This document shows positions 63,446-64,000 of a stretch of 64,000 nucleotides of DNA, in pieces. The notes below the pieces were generated by a model. It did no database searches. It had not been told where the DNA came from and saw nothing but the letters and a program-made list of their open reading frames with translations. The position numbers were made by a program, and so were the translations under genes. This DNA is from Antedon mediterranea (taxonomy: Eukaryota; Animalia; Echinodermata): the NCBI RefSeq assembly GCF_964355755.1, contig NC_092672.1, positions 5,580,001 through 5,644,000 on the forward strand. The letters run 5' to 3'. Each line of letters opens with the position of its first letter. Position 1 is the stretch's first letter.

Positions 63446-63718
63446 GTAGTAGAATTTCGTAGACTAGAAAATGCCATCTAGTTGTTAAATACACTATGCA
63501 AGGCATATAATTGAAAGAAAGTGAAATTCCATGATGATATGATCACATGAAGAAACATAGGCCTATAGAACATTGTTTCCTTTATTTAATAGCACTTCCT
63601 TAAACTGTACCTTAAATTTCGGTTTCTGCAAAATCATAGCTTAGCATTGTTTGGAAGGAAATTGTTTAGAAAAGAAATGCTTGTTCCATATGCTACAAAG
63701 GTTACATTATAATGTTAT

Positions 63719-64000
63719 TAAAGCTTGGTTTCCACTAGTTACACTTAGGTATAAGTTTTACTTGGTTCTCACTAGCACGCATTAGCGTAACTCAAAGCTT
63801 GGTTTCCCACTAGAGACGCAACGCAAGGGCGTAGGCGCAACGCAATCGAGTTGACCAATGACAAGCGACAGTTCGAATAATCCATCGCTTGCGATTGGTT
63901 AAATCACTTTCGTTGCACTTACGTCCTTGCGCTGCATTATAGTGGGAACCAAACTTAAGACTTAAAGCAAGGAAGTAGACGCAACGCAAGCGAGTTGACC
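63719..64000. mobile_element. Cluster of palindromic MITE copies/termini
   Basis: AAGCTTGGTTTCCCACTAG...TAGTGGGAACCAAACTT at ~63796-63957 folds back along its length; extra left termini at ~63720 and ~63762; a further partial copy runs off the window end. Confidence 0.75.

Overview
AT-rich, intron-rich eukaryotic (invertebrate animal) DNA; an echinoderm-like deuterostome is my guess, not proven. It contains: (1) a cluster of seven short two-exon Toll-like receptor (LRR-TM-TIR) genes, one on + at 0.9-3.7 kb and six on - at 43.8-63.5 kb, the last a pseudogene with a duplicated TIR exon; (2) a complete PRPF8 gene (-, 5931-28511, about 42 coding exons); (3) a CCDC92-like coiled-coil gene (+); (4) two oppositely oriented arrays of a 97-bp satellite flanking a ~190-bp satellite; (5) many MITEs and LINE remnants. 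The main non-obvious discoveries are inside PRPF8 introns. Six snoRNAs lie one per intron: three H/ACA copies whose two pockets match the 18S sites guided by SNORA8/ACA8, and three C/D copies antisense to the LSU site equivalent to yeast Um2347 (snR65). A 17-copy 56-bp array repeats a functional PRPF8 3' splice site plus exon start. The TLRs have only ~8 LRRs, hypervariable N-terminal beta-strands, mosaic sequence sharing, and a conserved post-TM intron whose retention would give TIR-less receptors. All alignments and rRNA matches were done by eye from remembered sequences and need computational confirmation.
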